From Tubiluchus corallicola (lineage: Eukaryota; Animalia; Priapulida): a stretch of DNA of 64,000 nucleotides. The notes under the pieces are model-generated. The model made no database searches. It was not told where the DNA came from and saw only the letters and a list, made by a program, of their open reading frames with translations. Location: NCBI GenBank assembly GCA_030141605.1, contig JAQGDQ010000020.1, positions 310,001 to 374,000 of the forward strand. Direction: 5' to 3'. Shown one piece after another: positions 38,101 through 51,076 of this stretch; positions within the stretch are counted from its first letter, which is position 1; each line of letters opens with the position of its first letter. The position numbers and the translations under genes are program-made.

Positions 38101-41100
38101 ACTACAGCATGGAAACACGATGCCCTGGATTATATTTAATGAAGCATTGTAAACGGTTTATGCTGGACTAAGCGGAAAACGCAAAAAATAAAACTGTTTG
38201 TAGTGTATTAGCAGAGGTTCGGATCAAAACATTGTGTAGCTTTCATTTTCTTTGTTATGAGATTTTTTATTTATCACCAATCTGCCTAATTTTTAGACAT
38301 TCAACGTGTAGAATAAATAAGATATTCATGTATATATTACGCTTTACAAAGGACTAAACATAGTTAACGACCAACAAATACCATTTTGAACATCATTGTC
38401 AAACGTCTTGCCAAAAAGTGATCTAGGCAATCGGATTTTTATGTTAACATTTAATTCAACCATTGTATGTTAACACGGTGCTTTTTTACATTAAATAATA
38501 TTATTATACCGGAAAATTATTGGAAAGTTATAGCTAATTATAAATTAATGCGAAAGAACACGTAAAAATTCTCATTTGTGTATTTGGTGTATTGCTTTAG
38601 TGGGTGAAAACTGACGTCCCTAATACCGGTGCTGGAGGAACAGCAGATGATCTTACATTCATATCATATGCCACTAGTTCAGCAAATGGGGGAAATCAGT
38701 ATTTGTTCTACGTGAGACGGGATTCTGTGAATTTATGGATTGATGGGCAGCAATCGTGAGTGCAATTGTGCACAGGTGGGCGTGTCTTTGACGGTTAAAT
38801 CTTGCTTTTAATTTAAGAGTTACTAAAAGTGTAATTTGCTCAAAGTTTCGTGGCATTTCTTTTATATGTCTTTTGTGATATTTTGTTATTATCTCGGTAT
38901 TCTATGCTGTCCCTCAAAATCTTTTCTTGGGCTTTCTGAATCAAATCCTCGACATTCTATATATTCCTCTGAGCCATTCCTTCAACGATAACCTATGTTT
39001 ATGGGCAGGCGGATGAAAAATATAATTGGTTAATTGTTCAGCAGGCAGACACAAAATTGTTCAAATTTTAATTTGCTGAGTGAGATAAACATGAAAAGCT
39101 GAGTTAATAGAATTTTTGCCAAAGTAACAAAATGGGAAAACAAAACAACATAAAATATCTTATCTACAAAATAGCAAATGGGCTTAACGAAGTCTTCACT
39201 ATACGTTCATACTATTAACATTAATACCATAACATAACTAGAAAAAACACAATTTAAAATTGCTAATTATGTATTTATTATAATATATAATTCGAGTAAA
39301 TATACTCTTTCGAGCAAAAACTATTCAAAAGCCAAAGTTACTTTACACGTATCTCCAATTGCTACTTGAAGCAAGAATTACTTTTAGCTACCATTAAAAA
39401 CCAGAATGTTTACATTTCTGGCTTTACCTACAAAAGCACTACATTGAAAGTGCGCGCATTATTGATATTTTTAAGGTGTAGCGTTAGTGGCCGATAGCGT
39501 GATGGTTGGGTACAGTTAGTGACTGATGATGGAAGTTATGGTCACCAGACACTGTGATGATTTAATGTGGTGAACTTGTTAGCTGCTGACTGTGGTAGAG
39601 TATAATAATATCCATGATGTTGTTTTGCTTGGTTGATCAAATGCAGGAAATGATGCGTGGAAAGAGATAAATGAACAAATAATTGAATGAAGTAAGCAAT
39701 TTTAATTTAAACTTAAAAGTAACGACCGACAAACTGATTAGCCAGTTCAAGTTATACAAGCAATTGAACAACCAAACGATCAAGCATCAACCAACCAGCA
39801 TGTTAATAAACCAATCAGTCCAAATTATGGAAGCTACTGTTTTAATAGCTTGTCAGTGTAGCAGTTCACAGACTCTAACGTAAAATAAGGGAAAATGGCG
39901 CAGTTAATACAGTAGGCGTGCGTAATTGTGTAATTCTACTTCACATATGGTGTATATTGTTCCAGCATTTTTTTGCTTAAAGTGCATACTGGACAACAAA
40001 AATTTCCACATCATTTTTGACTAGTTTATTAACTAAAAAAACTTTTTAGATCAACGTTTGATCAAATGTGGTACGAACAACAGCTGACAACCACAATTCA
40101 GCTGCTTCTAACGGAAATGGCCCTTCCAGTGTTTAATGAATAGCAATCCTGCCAGGATTGTTTAGCTAGATGTGTTTCCCTTGTTCTAGTTGTCTATCAC
40201 CTGCATTTTCATAATAAAGAAGGAAAATAATCATATACGTTGTAGAAATTGGTTTTCCCTCTATGATAAGAGTAACCCTATATGCAGTCACATACTTTTA
40301 CAAGACAGCTGTGAATTTAAATAGCGAGTGAGATCAGTAATGAATGTAGAACATTTAGTTTTTGTTATTGATTTTATTTATTTCTAAAGCTTTGTACATT
40401 TAGGTCGGTTTGCGATTCCTCGTTCAATGCTTTTTTAAATTTACAAAATTACAAGTAAACAATTACATGCGTTGAATAATTGCTATACGCAATAACTGTA
40501 ACAGAATTTTGATGTTGTCCTGTTAATCTATTATTATTGCACAATTTTACACATTGCGTAGTTTTACAGTTGCAATGATGAAAATTATAAGCGACAATGG
40601 TGATTATTTAAGTCTCGGTATAAAATCCGATTTTTTCTTTCAACGAATAAAGTGAATACACCGAATATATTTAAATTCAATAGAAAAACAAAATACCTAA
40701 AGTTGCAAGTTGCATTCTTAATTTAGGGACTTTTCTTCCTCTTGCATTGTTGCGATGTGATGTTACGCGCCTAGGTGTTCATTATTTTCAAGCTCCAAAA
40801 CGATATTGTCCCTCGCTGTGTTGCCTATTTGCCCTTTTCAATTAATCTTTAACTAATGTAGCAAAATCAAATTATTTTTTCTTTTAGAAAGCTCAAAATT
40901 TCACTGCTTTATGGCACTTTGTACAAAATGGTACAGAATGAGTGCGGACTCAATGGAAACAACTTTAGCGGACCTAAAACGTGCGAACAGAAAAATCTGT
41001 GCATGTGCGTGTCAGTGCGGACGCAGTGGAAACCCGGTCTAGACCCACTGGTTTTTCAAGTGAACCTTTCAGCATTGCAACTTCTTTCAAAAAGCAGATT

Positions 41101-41603
41101 AATTACACCACCTGGGTCGTTGATTTTGCTGGTTCATATGCCTTGTTGGCTCCTGGAAAATTGCAGGACAACAACTTCCCACATTATTTTGTTGCATAAC
41201 ACTTCTATTTAAAATAAAAGACGACGTGACAAGTTAGTCTGATTCGTAGGTGAAAAGTTTCATCGCTACCATTAAATCTACTAGTTCCCACCAGTCAGTA
41301 AAGCTCAAAGATGAACTAGGTCTATGTTCTTCTGATGTGTGAATTATGTAAACTTGGAAGATGACTATACTGTTTTGATTGTAACCTTTTGTTTTCATGT
41401 TTGAAATCTGTTTGAAAACGCAGCATGTCAGCAACTGAGAAGCGAACATATTTTGACTTAAACATTTCGCGATAAATCAATGAATAGTATCTAGTCTGAT
41501 AGGGGCCATTAGTGTTTTTCTGTAAGATGAGAATTTTCTAATAATAAGACCTGAAACATATTCACAAAGTGCTTAGTATGTATCGAAAAGCACCACTGTT
41601 AGG

Positions 41604-41957
41604 CTGGCCAACATTACCCTATGTGGTGGCCGATATTACATGCCACTGGCTAACATTACCCTATATGGCGGCCGATATTATATGCCACTGGCTAACATTA
41701 CCCTATATGGTGGCCGATATTACATGCAACTGGCTAACATTACCCTATGTGGTGGCCGATATTACATGCCACTGGCTAACATTACCCTATATGGTGGCCG
41801 ATATTATATGCCACTGGCTAACATTACCCTATATGGTGGCCGATATTACATGCAACTGGCTAACATTACCCTATGTGGTGGCCGATATTACATGCAACTG
41901 GCTAACATTACCCTATATGGCGGCCGATATTACATGCAACTGGCTAACGTTGCCCTG
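41604..41957. repeat. 42-bp minisatellite, ~8.4 copies, in intron 4 of B
   Basis: Unit CTGGCTAACATTACCCTATATGGTGGCCGATATTACATGCCA with point variants. Confidence 0.97.
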
Positions 41958-44236
41958 ATTTAGACTGCACAGAGTGCACAAGTAATACGGCCGATTACAA
42001 TGAAGTGAGCGACAAAAACCATTTCTTCGCATTCCTGTAAAGCAGACAAATACATCGATGTGTCTGCTAAGTGTGTACATAAACACTAGTAATAATACAG
42101 GCTATATCACTGAAGAAATTTAAATGTGGCCAACACCCCATATACGCTAGGTGATAACTTATGTTATTTGAAATAAATTGTCTTTGGTTTTAGGTGCAGA
42201 AAATTCGAGGTAACCAAAACGTTTGTTCAACTTTCGGAAAATCTGGTGAAAAAACATGTTAAAAATGTTAAACACAATTAATCTGTAATTTGTGGTCATT
42301 TATAGTCATCTACAATCACGTTAAAATACTTTACGCACACACAATTCTGCTAAAATAATTCTTGAAACTTGAAAGAGTACTAAACGACACCTTTTACATC
42401 ATTTTTATCTACAAGTCCAAGCAAAAGGAGCAAAGCTTTTTTCATAGTCAGTAAGATAACAGTTTTTAGTAACTCACCATCATCATATGCCCATTACGTC
42501 TATTGTAGACACTCTAAATTAAAAGAAATCTGCCCTCACGACAGGTAAAACTAGCAAAAAGAAAAGTATATGAAACCAAATGTGAACGAAAGTGAAAAGT
42601 GCTGGAGTCGCACGTCCTCTAACTTGACTCTTGCAATCACTTCAGACCATGCTGCTCTGTCACCCGCAAACTCCCACGTAGCTCCACTCTCCGTGCATTT
42701 TTGATAGCTACTGATGTATTGGTGAGATATTTTTGGATGAAATTAATGTAAGTCCGCAGCTGTCCTCCTTGTGATTTCTTTTCTTTCAGCAATGCTTCTT
42801 TGAAAGTTAATTTTAAAGACAGTAGCAGATATACATATAAATATACATACAAATAAAAACTATTCCTTTTTATTTTGACGTGGTTTTACCAAAGGAGCGA
42901 CATTAGAAAGTAAAAATTATACCCAGATAGTCAAAAAAAAGTTTGAGGTTCCGCGTAGAAACGTTTTTTGAGAATATCGCATTTGTGCAATTGAAAGTAA
43001 AATGTAAAAGAATATAATACTTCTGTTTTAAGGACGCCGAACACACTTGCAGCCACTACAAACCTCAGAAATAATCAATGGCATTCGGTATGTGCTGGTT
43101 ACGATACAACAACGAACACATACTTTGTGTCTGTAGATGGGGTTGTCCTAAAGTAAGATATCTTACTAGTTTCTCAAGTTTCCTGTAATACAATAATAGT
43201 ATTTCTATATACATTTAATATTACTTTTATGTGGTAACTAAAAACTAATTTTTCTCCAAACCAAAGTATATTTTCTTAATTAGTATAGTCATAATAAGTA
43301 ATATACGTATATGTATTACTGAATGTATATTTCGTTATAGTGATATATATATTGCAATAACAAAAACTGCAATATGACCAGGACAAGATTTAATGATTAA
43401 TCTTGAGCTATATGCCGAATTTGCGGAATTGCTGATTTGGACGAATTATCATTTCGCATGACAATGCACATTAATTTACCGCCTCATAAGGGTAGACAGA
43501 TAGATAGAAAGGATTATTTGCATGCAAACTTGCAGTTAAAAACTGAATAAAATTATATTTGCCCCCCCTCCAATTAAATGACATTAACTGTAGAGAATAG
43601 CATAATAAAATATACAAGATCACACAAAAGTGCAATATTAGTACAACCTTTTGGTAGAAACACCACATAATGCAATGAATCTTCCTTAAAATCCTTTACA
43701 AATCAATTATGTATCCTTGAATCTATAGCTGTTAACGTAATACAGTTAATGGTATGCTACTTGGTGAATTAACTAGAATCGATGAAAAATTTAGCATGTG
43801 ACAAATACAGGCTGATACTCGCCTTAGAGCAACATAAAACAACGCGATCTTCGCTTTCAAAACCTCTTAATTTCACGTCATTTTTTGTAATAACTTAATG
43901 AAAGACGCGTTTGATGTTAAATTTACTTTTGTTTAATTTCAAGCTGGTAATTACGGTTCTAATCCTGGGCCAATACAATCGGGTGGATACTTAATATTTG
44001 GACAGGATCAGACTGATGGGGGCACTGGTTTCACAGCAAGTCAAAGTTTTCGAGGAATGGTGACGGGTATCATTGTAGCAATAGGCTATAAGTAATGAGA
44101 TTTATTAAGCAGACAACACTGACTGACAGTTCTTTTACAATGTACTTAATTTTTTATTCTGACTGCTGTTTCTAGTTAGTCGGGGGCTTAGTGGTCAATG
44201 GGCAGCTTGGCTTTCATCGCTGCTTGGGGATTTTCT

Positions 44237-45576
44237 CAGTGCCAGATTAAGGCTCTGCTGGCCCTAATGCCCATTTTGATAAGTGACCTGAAAATACAGA
44301 TATTTTGCGCTCACCGACGAAAGGAAAATAAGTTAAACTTAGAAAATGAAAATTTATTGCGCAAAAATTTAGAACAACCAATATTTTTTATAGTAATTAC
44401 TATTGGTACATGTGCCCATATGCTTAGTTCGCCCTTGGCTTTCTTGGACTTTTTCAATGTTTTACGATATACCTCATTTCCTGTCAGGACCAATACTTGG
44501 ATTTCTTAAGTGTATTGCTACAGTTTCATGGCCAACAAAAAAGGAAATTCTTCAGATTGTTGCTGAGCTTCACTCATTTCAGCAGCCTAGCAGAAGACTC
44601 ACTGGCTCGTCAATATCGATGACAATGGAAAAAGTGAGTTTCTTTTCAGACAGTAATTTTCTCCTGATGTGAACGACCTTTAACCCTATTATCATTTGGT
44701 CATGCACCATTTGGTTGTCATTGGTTTCATAGGAGCTGTCAGTAAAATTATAATTTTTAGCCAAGATTTTCAGATTTTAGCCTAATGATTGTCAATGCAT
44801 TCATTAGGATCCTGCTCGAAAGGCATAACATTCATACACTGAGTTAGCAGGGGCAGCAAAATACTGTTGCAAAGTGGCGCTTTCGCACATTCATAGCTAT
44901 CTAGTTGACTGCCTGCAGAATCTTGAATAACAAGTTTTAAACCTCGCAGAATCCTTGTAACATCTAACTCCATCCAATTCAGAAGCCAGGAGTTTTTGAG
45001 ATCAGTAGTCAGCGGAATAGCTTGAAAGCTCAACCAGTCTGCAAAATCTTCCACATACAGCTTATACTCCACCCTCAAAACTTAAGCAGCAAGATTAAAA
45101 GGACCAGGTGCAGAGAAAATATCTTGGACAACTACAGTGGCCCCTATCATCATGAGATGTATTAGGACCAGAGATGCTTTACACAAGAAGACGCGAAATG
45201 TAAACTGTAGCAGGTATTCCTCTAAAAGAAACACACGATAGATTAATTTCTTAAAGAAAAACAAAATAGCAGAGCTTTTACCTCAAAAAAGCAAACAGAA
45301 TTATCACATGGTTAACAAAAAATACGGTGTTATTCATCAACCATGTTAAGTTAAAATTTTCGACAAACGTTCCTGTCTCAATGGTGTCTCATTCATTCGT
45401 TATTGCAAAGGTCACAGTAAAAAATACAAAACATTTATTTACGTGTAAAAATAAAGGAAAGCATTTTTTATCATCACCTGAAAACTTATGAATGTTTTCC
45501 ATATTTTTTTGTGGCCTGGATTTTTGGCTGGCCTTAAGGCGTGTGCTATGTTTGCCTAATGGTTAATCCGGCACTG
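44237..45576. mobile_element. hAT element with gag fragment (counterpart of 15511-16854)
   Basis: TIRs CAGTGCCAGATTAA / TTAATCCGGCACTG with TSD GATTTTCT. Gag-like ORFs at 44782..45078 and 44579..44764 on the minus strand. Confidence 0.88.
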
Positions 45577-47196
45577 GATTTTCTCCCTGTCATTACCCTT
45601 CACAAAGGTCCCTAAAACAAAGTAATATGCTCGTGGCAAAGTCACAAACAAATGAATAGGTCAGGGTTAAAGGGGCCATTTGAAAATGTTTTTATGTTTG
45701 ATAAAGTACCTGATGGATTAAGAAATGTCTGAAGAAATATTACGGCATCAGATCTGGATTCAATTTTTTCCAACTTAGAGTGCTACGTACGAATAAAGAT
45801 AATAGGCCTAAATGTTTTTTGTGAAATTATCATACTGATTAAAGTAGTAACTAAGTAACACCGCTTAAATTGCTTGAAAGTTTAATAAGTTATTATCATT
45901 GTAATTGCGTCACGATAATGTATATAATTTAGACATGGGTACCGGTGTGCTTAGTTACGAAAGTTCAGCACTACTGAACCAGTTTACCAAACGGATGAGT
46001 ATCGTTAAGAAAATTGCATCTGGGCGGTTATGACTGCACCTTAAGCCTTTATTTGTTGAGTTTCAGTGATGCAAGTTCTATTTTCAACTTAATGAAATCA
46101 TCCTCAAGTGAATTTCTGACCAGCTAAAGACGAACGTTCCATAAACTTCTAAACTATATAATATTGTAATCACAGTTCTTACTAAATAAGTATTCATTTC
46201 TTCGCGCTTGAACTGCTCCAGTATATTCGCATCTGTCATGTGTCACGAAATTGATTTAGAATTGAACATAATAGCAGTTTAATAAGATTAAAACATTTTT
46301 TCAGATTCGATGACGGAGTCCTGTTTAAATAATGATGACTCATACATCTTTAATTGGGAAGACCCAGTTATGCAGCTTATTGGTGGTTTGATGAAAGGTC
46401 AATCTACGTGCCCTGGACCAATTGAAATGGAAAGAGTATGCGCTCTGAGAGAAAAGGAGTTAGAAATACTCTTTGACTTCATCACTGGCATTGCCAAGAA
46501 AACAGCTTCGCTAATTTACAGAATTTCTGACGAACTTAGACAAATTGGGAGGGGCCTTAGTACGTCTAGACCTAGGTCTAGACATTATAATTAAAATGGA
46601 GATGCCTATAGTAACATTGTCAATTGATTTTTTTATGGCTGTTAGGTACTCATTTAAAAAACACTTGTACATTTTTATCCAAAGTTCTGGAAGGATAGAG
46701 GTCGTATGAATTTCAGTAAATAAAAATTTACAGAGTCTGACTTTTGCATTTTCATTTTTGCTCGTGTACCATGTATTTTAAATTCTAGTACAAATAAAGG
46801 TGTTATAACTACACAGTCATTTAGCATCTTCAGAAAATGTGTAGAATTTAGAGATAACAAGCGAGCTATGATGTTTCAACAGGTCGCAACACTAGAAGAT
46901 GTCGAGCTTCATACTTCATATTGCGTCTTATCAAACTGCTCCAGAATACCAGTTAAAATACATTTAAATTGTAAACAGTAACAATAGTAGGATAAAAACG
47001 CCACGTTGGGCCACTGTATACGCGAAGCGTCAGCAAGGATTCATAACAGTCTCTGAAGATTTTAAGAAATGAAGGGAAAAGTGCTTAATGTGGTGAATTT
47101 CAAAAATATTAAAAGACAACCAATTCTTTTCACATTAGAGGCTTTCGTCCAACGACAGGCAACAAAAAATGTAGTTACAGGTTAATTATGCCAACT

Positions 47197-48172
47197 GAAT
47201 GTAGGTAAAAATGTCCTATGAAAAATAGCACAGTAAAAACAGCATGGTAAATATATGGCACAAAGAAAATGACACTTTTAGTAAAATATGAGTTTAGGGT
47301 TAGGGTTACTGAAAAGGATTATTATTTTACTTATTTTTACCTCTGCCAAGGAAGTTATGCTTCAACACCGTGGGGGTTGTTTGGTAGTTTTTTGTCGGTC
47401 ATAGTAAGCCTAAACACTAAACATAGTATTACGCAAAAACTAAGTAAAGAAATTTACACGAAACTTTGTATAGGATGCCAAAATGGGCACTTTTTTGGCA
47501 AAAGTCGATCGTAACACCATCTACAAAAAGCATTTGTGAAGCACTTCGTGGAGGTCTCAGATGGAGTGTTTAATACTTCTTTTTTATTATCTCCGCTAGG
47601 ACACACAAATATCAGTTAGGTCTAGGTTCTATTTAGAGAAATACTCGCTTGCTAAATCTAGATCTAGATTGTTTTCGCAAAACTCGATCCTAACACCAGT
47701 TACAAAAAACATTCGTGAAGCACTTCGTGTAGGTCTCAGCTAGATTTAGTTAGTTCCAAGTTCCGAGAGACATTCTCACTTGCTAGATTTAAATCTAGAT
47801 CTAGGTCTAGATTTTTCGATGTGTATAGTCTTATAAGCTGACTTGCCATCTAAGTACGTATGTATGTCAATCTATTAACTTCGCCAAATTTTTGCTAGTC
47901 TATATAATACCAATACAGATACATTTTTGTATGTTTGCTTGTTCATCTTTGTTTTAAGTTTTTTAATCAAAAAAAAATTAGAGAACAAGTTTAGGGTTAT
48001 TCGGTTTTGGCATAGAACAGGCTTTGGCGTAAAGATTCCTACTGAAAGCGCCTTCTGGTTTTATTACAGAAATCAAATGCATCAAAATAACATATGACAC
48101 ATTTTTCTATTTTTCCATTTATGGCATTTTTTCATGTGCCATTTTTATCTGCGCCACTTTTTCTTATACCTG
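47197..48172. mobile_element. Composite MITE+Helentron element, copy 3
   Basis: The left end GAATGTAGGTAAAA is the reverse complement of the right end of copy 1. It has TTAGGGTTAGGGTT, inner subTIR ACCTCTGCCAAGG (47339), and two separated monomers of the 47-bp unit (~47515, ~47693). Confidence 0.72.
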
Positions 48173-49382
48173 TTTACAGCCACACTGTCGACTTGCTGTG
48201 TTTCAACAATTGACCTCACCGACCTATTCATTAGATAGAGAAATGTTAAGTTGAGGAAATTTCTCACAGCTTGTCATAAAATTTTAAGACTTTATCGAAT
48301 TTCAGTCAGAACAATTTAGGCCATTCTAATTACGACCAGATTGTAAGCAAATACAGTACATGTACTGCTTTAAGACATCGATAGATCATTCTGTTTAGCA
48401 GCAAAAATGCATTAAAAGTAGCTCTGTGCTGCAGAGTTTTACAATAAAAACACAGACCCTGTGTGTGGGAAAGGGGTGTTCTGTAAGAGATATACCTATA
48501 CCCTGTTTCTATGTTTGAGATGCCTTATTATATACCGCTTACTCTATACTTCATCTGCGTAAATTTAATAAGGAAGTGAACATTGGATAATACTCACTTA
48601 GTTCCGTATTTTTTGTTTTCACGGTCTTGAATACAATAACAAATAAATAATAGCCAACCTAAATCTTAAAAAGGGACGTATACCTACTAACCTGCAAAAG
48701 GCTCTACTGTTAGCACCAACAGGGAATATCTTACAATTATCAATTGTAATCTTTCTTTTCAGTAATTTTCAAAGATTCTTATCAACCGATTTGCATTTAT
48801 TTTCCTGCATATTAGCCAATGCCTAGAACGAAGTTTGTACCCTAATACACTATCAGTGTTGACCTGTGAGTCTGATATAGAGGCTATTCTAGAGTTCTGT
48901 CAGCAAAATAAATACCAAGCAATAAATCAATAATGGTGTTTGTATTTTTTGAGTTTAAAACCAGTTTAAAGGTAGGTCGAAAGAATTATTCCTCCAGTTC
49001 AAATATATTGGAACAACGCAAACATTATTGATGTGTAATTTGCTTTTAGTTTGCTGAAAACAAACTGCAGTTAAAAGTGTTTAAAAAACAAAGTTGGAAT
49101 ACTAATTCTACTATACTAGCTAGCTAAAAGCGCAAGTGCGGCAGACGTCCTTGAAGCCACTACAAGTAGAGCTTACGTTCTCAAAGTTTGTGTTTCAAAA
49201 CTGTGAGAACTGCTGTGTATGCGTGTGCATCAAGTAAATTGGTTTGATAAATCACCGAGATTTGAAAAGCTCTGCCTTTGTGTGTAGGATGCTGGTTTGC
49301 ACAGAAAAAAACGCTGAAGCCCTGGATCTGCGTTTGCGATATTCTTCTGACCGTCTTTCTGATTAGGTTTAATTAACTGATT

Positions 49383-50880
49383 TCACAAGTGAAACAAATT
49401 TAACGTAGGCACTTTTAATTTCCTCTGACTGTATAAATTGTAATGGCGCCATGAAGCAGTAGAATTAAAAAGATACTTCTTGACAGCAAGTGAGCAATTG
49501 CCAAAACGTCTAATTAATTGGTTGGCCCTAGAATAATAAATTGTTCTTTGTTTAATAATGTCAAGATCATTTGCATTATTATCAGAAACTATATGCCCTA
49601 AGCATTTCTCCTGTTTTGAGGGCTTTATCAAAGTTCCTTCTCAGGAGCCATTCGCCACTTTTTTAAAAACAGATGAACAGGTGACTTTGTCGAGACCAAT
49701 TTAGTCTTCTCGACATTAATAATAATGTTATGCTGTTTAGCATAATAAATGTGTATATCAATGAGTTTTTGAGGTGCAGTTGTGGTTGTGGCTAATAAGC
49801 AGACATCAACTGCATACATCAGATGATTCGTAAATAGATGAGCAATGTGACAACCATACTGTGAAGAGCTAACCCTCTGACGGTTAAATAACAGAGTTAA
49901 ACAAAAAGTTAAATAACATAGGAGACATAATACCTCTCTGACGAACACTGTTACCAATGTTAAATATACTAGATTGGTATCGTCCCCACCTAATTAACAC
50001 ACTTTGTTTTGTATAATAAAAAAGTAAAAGACGAATAATAACTTTGGGCCTTTCGGTGGTTAACAGTTCAAAAAATAATTTGAAATAATTAACACGGTCA
50101 TGCGCTTTTGACGCATCAATAAAAATAATGTGCACAGTGCTTTGCCTGGAAATATAGTAATCAATGATTTCTTTAAAACTTTGATACAGAATTCGGTTCC
50201 CAACTTGTCTACGAAGCCAAACTGGTTTGGTGTAGCATGAATACAATGTTTATATTGATAGAGTAACACATATTCAAGAATTTTATTACTGATGGGTGAT
50301 AGAGCTATGGGCCTGAAATTGTTTACGTCCGTGATATCATTGTTGTTGTTTTTAACAAGAGCCACAAGTACTTAGAGCATGAGTGCATTTGGAAAACTAT
50401 GAGCAATGCAAGATATATAAATTAAAGCTAGCAATATGGGTAGAAGCCCAGTTGCGTATGTATAATATTCCGCTTGGAGCCGATCAGGGCCTGGACTTTT
50501 GTGGTGAGACAGGCTAGACATGGCATCCTGAACCTCTCTTACAGTGATTGCAGGAGCATTGTTTAGGGTGGTAGTCAGAGATTCCTTTAGCCTAATTGGT
50601 AGATCGTAATTGTCAACAGAATTAAGAAGTGCCTGGTAGTGGTTCTTCCACATATCACATATTTGCTTTTCGCCAGTGGTTTGCCCAATGCGGGACGAGA
50701 GGAGAGTTGCTTAGAATTCGACTCCTTTTTAATGGATGCCCAAATTGATATGAATTACAGTGCATACATCTGTAGGCTATCCGGTCAGCAACAATAGCCT
50801 CTTACATGCTCGGGGAGAATATTTGAATTGAGCTCGAGCATAGCGCATTGCTTCTGAAACTGGACCTTGACGATTTTTTT
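49383..50880 (-). mobile_element. RTE-X-like LINE reverse transcriptase, frameshifted
   Basis: KSPGPD, NFRPIAL..KILE, NQFGF, FIDASKAHDRV, VRQRGIMSPMLF, LMYAVD, KCLGH and YSRANQLIRRFGNCS..VKKYLF, spread over several frames. The clade call is from motif recall. Confidence 0.9.
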
Positions 50881-51076
50881 CTTTCGGTTAGTTTTAGTTT
50901 TAGAACAAAATTTCAGTCTACCATTGATGTATACTATTGTACATGTTTTTATTCAACTACCTCTTTATGCAATCTGTTTTAGGTGAGCTAATATGCCACT
51001 GTTCTTTTTTCGTGACAGCACGTTTATAATCTGTCATTTAGCTAATATACAATTTTGCGCATCTATTTTTATGTAG

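Larger units (their letters stand above)
33165..46594 (+). pseudogene. Pentraxin-domain paralog B, probably disabled
   Basis: Exons 33336-33453, 35419-35493, 37152-37300, 38601-38755, 43033-43152, 43944-44091 and 46305-46594 mirror gene A (LTPTC, VTFPIRGTSDY, ITTCMWVKT, SYAT, WHSVCAGY, GGYLIFGQDQT, SQSFRG). A possible start is ATG|gtatta at 33165. Exon 5 ends in phase 2 while exon 6 needs phase 1, and the end of exon 6 is about 17 nt shorter than in A. Confidence 0.8.

Noticed and set aside
39520-39595. Sense-strand C/D box arrangement (TGATGA..GTGATGA..CTGA) in an intron of B
   Set aside because: There is no proper terminal stem and no recognisable rRNA/snRNA guide, and the host is unlikely. 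An Rfam/snoscan search would be needed to revive it.
41569-41963. 14-residue repeat proteins in two frames
   Set aside because: These are a by-product of a 42-bp minisatellite inside an intron, with no splice context or homology.
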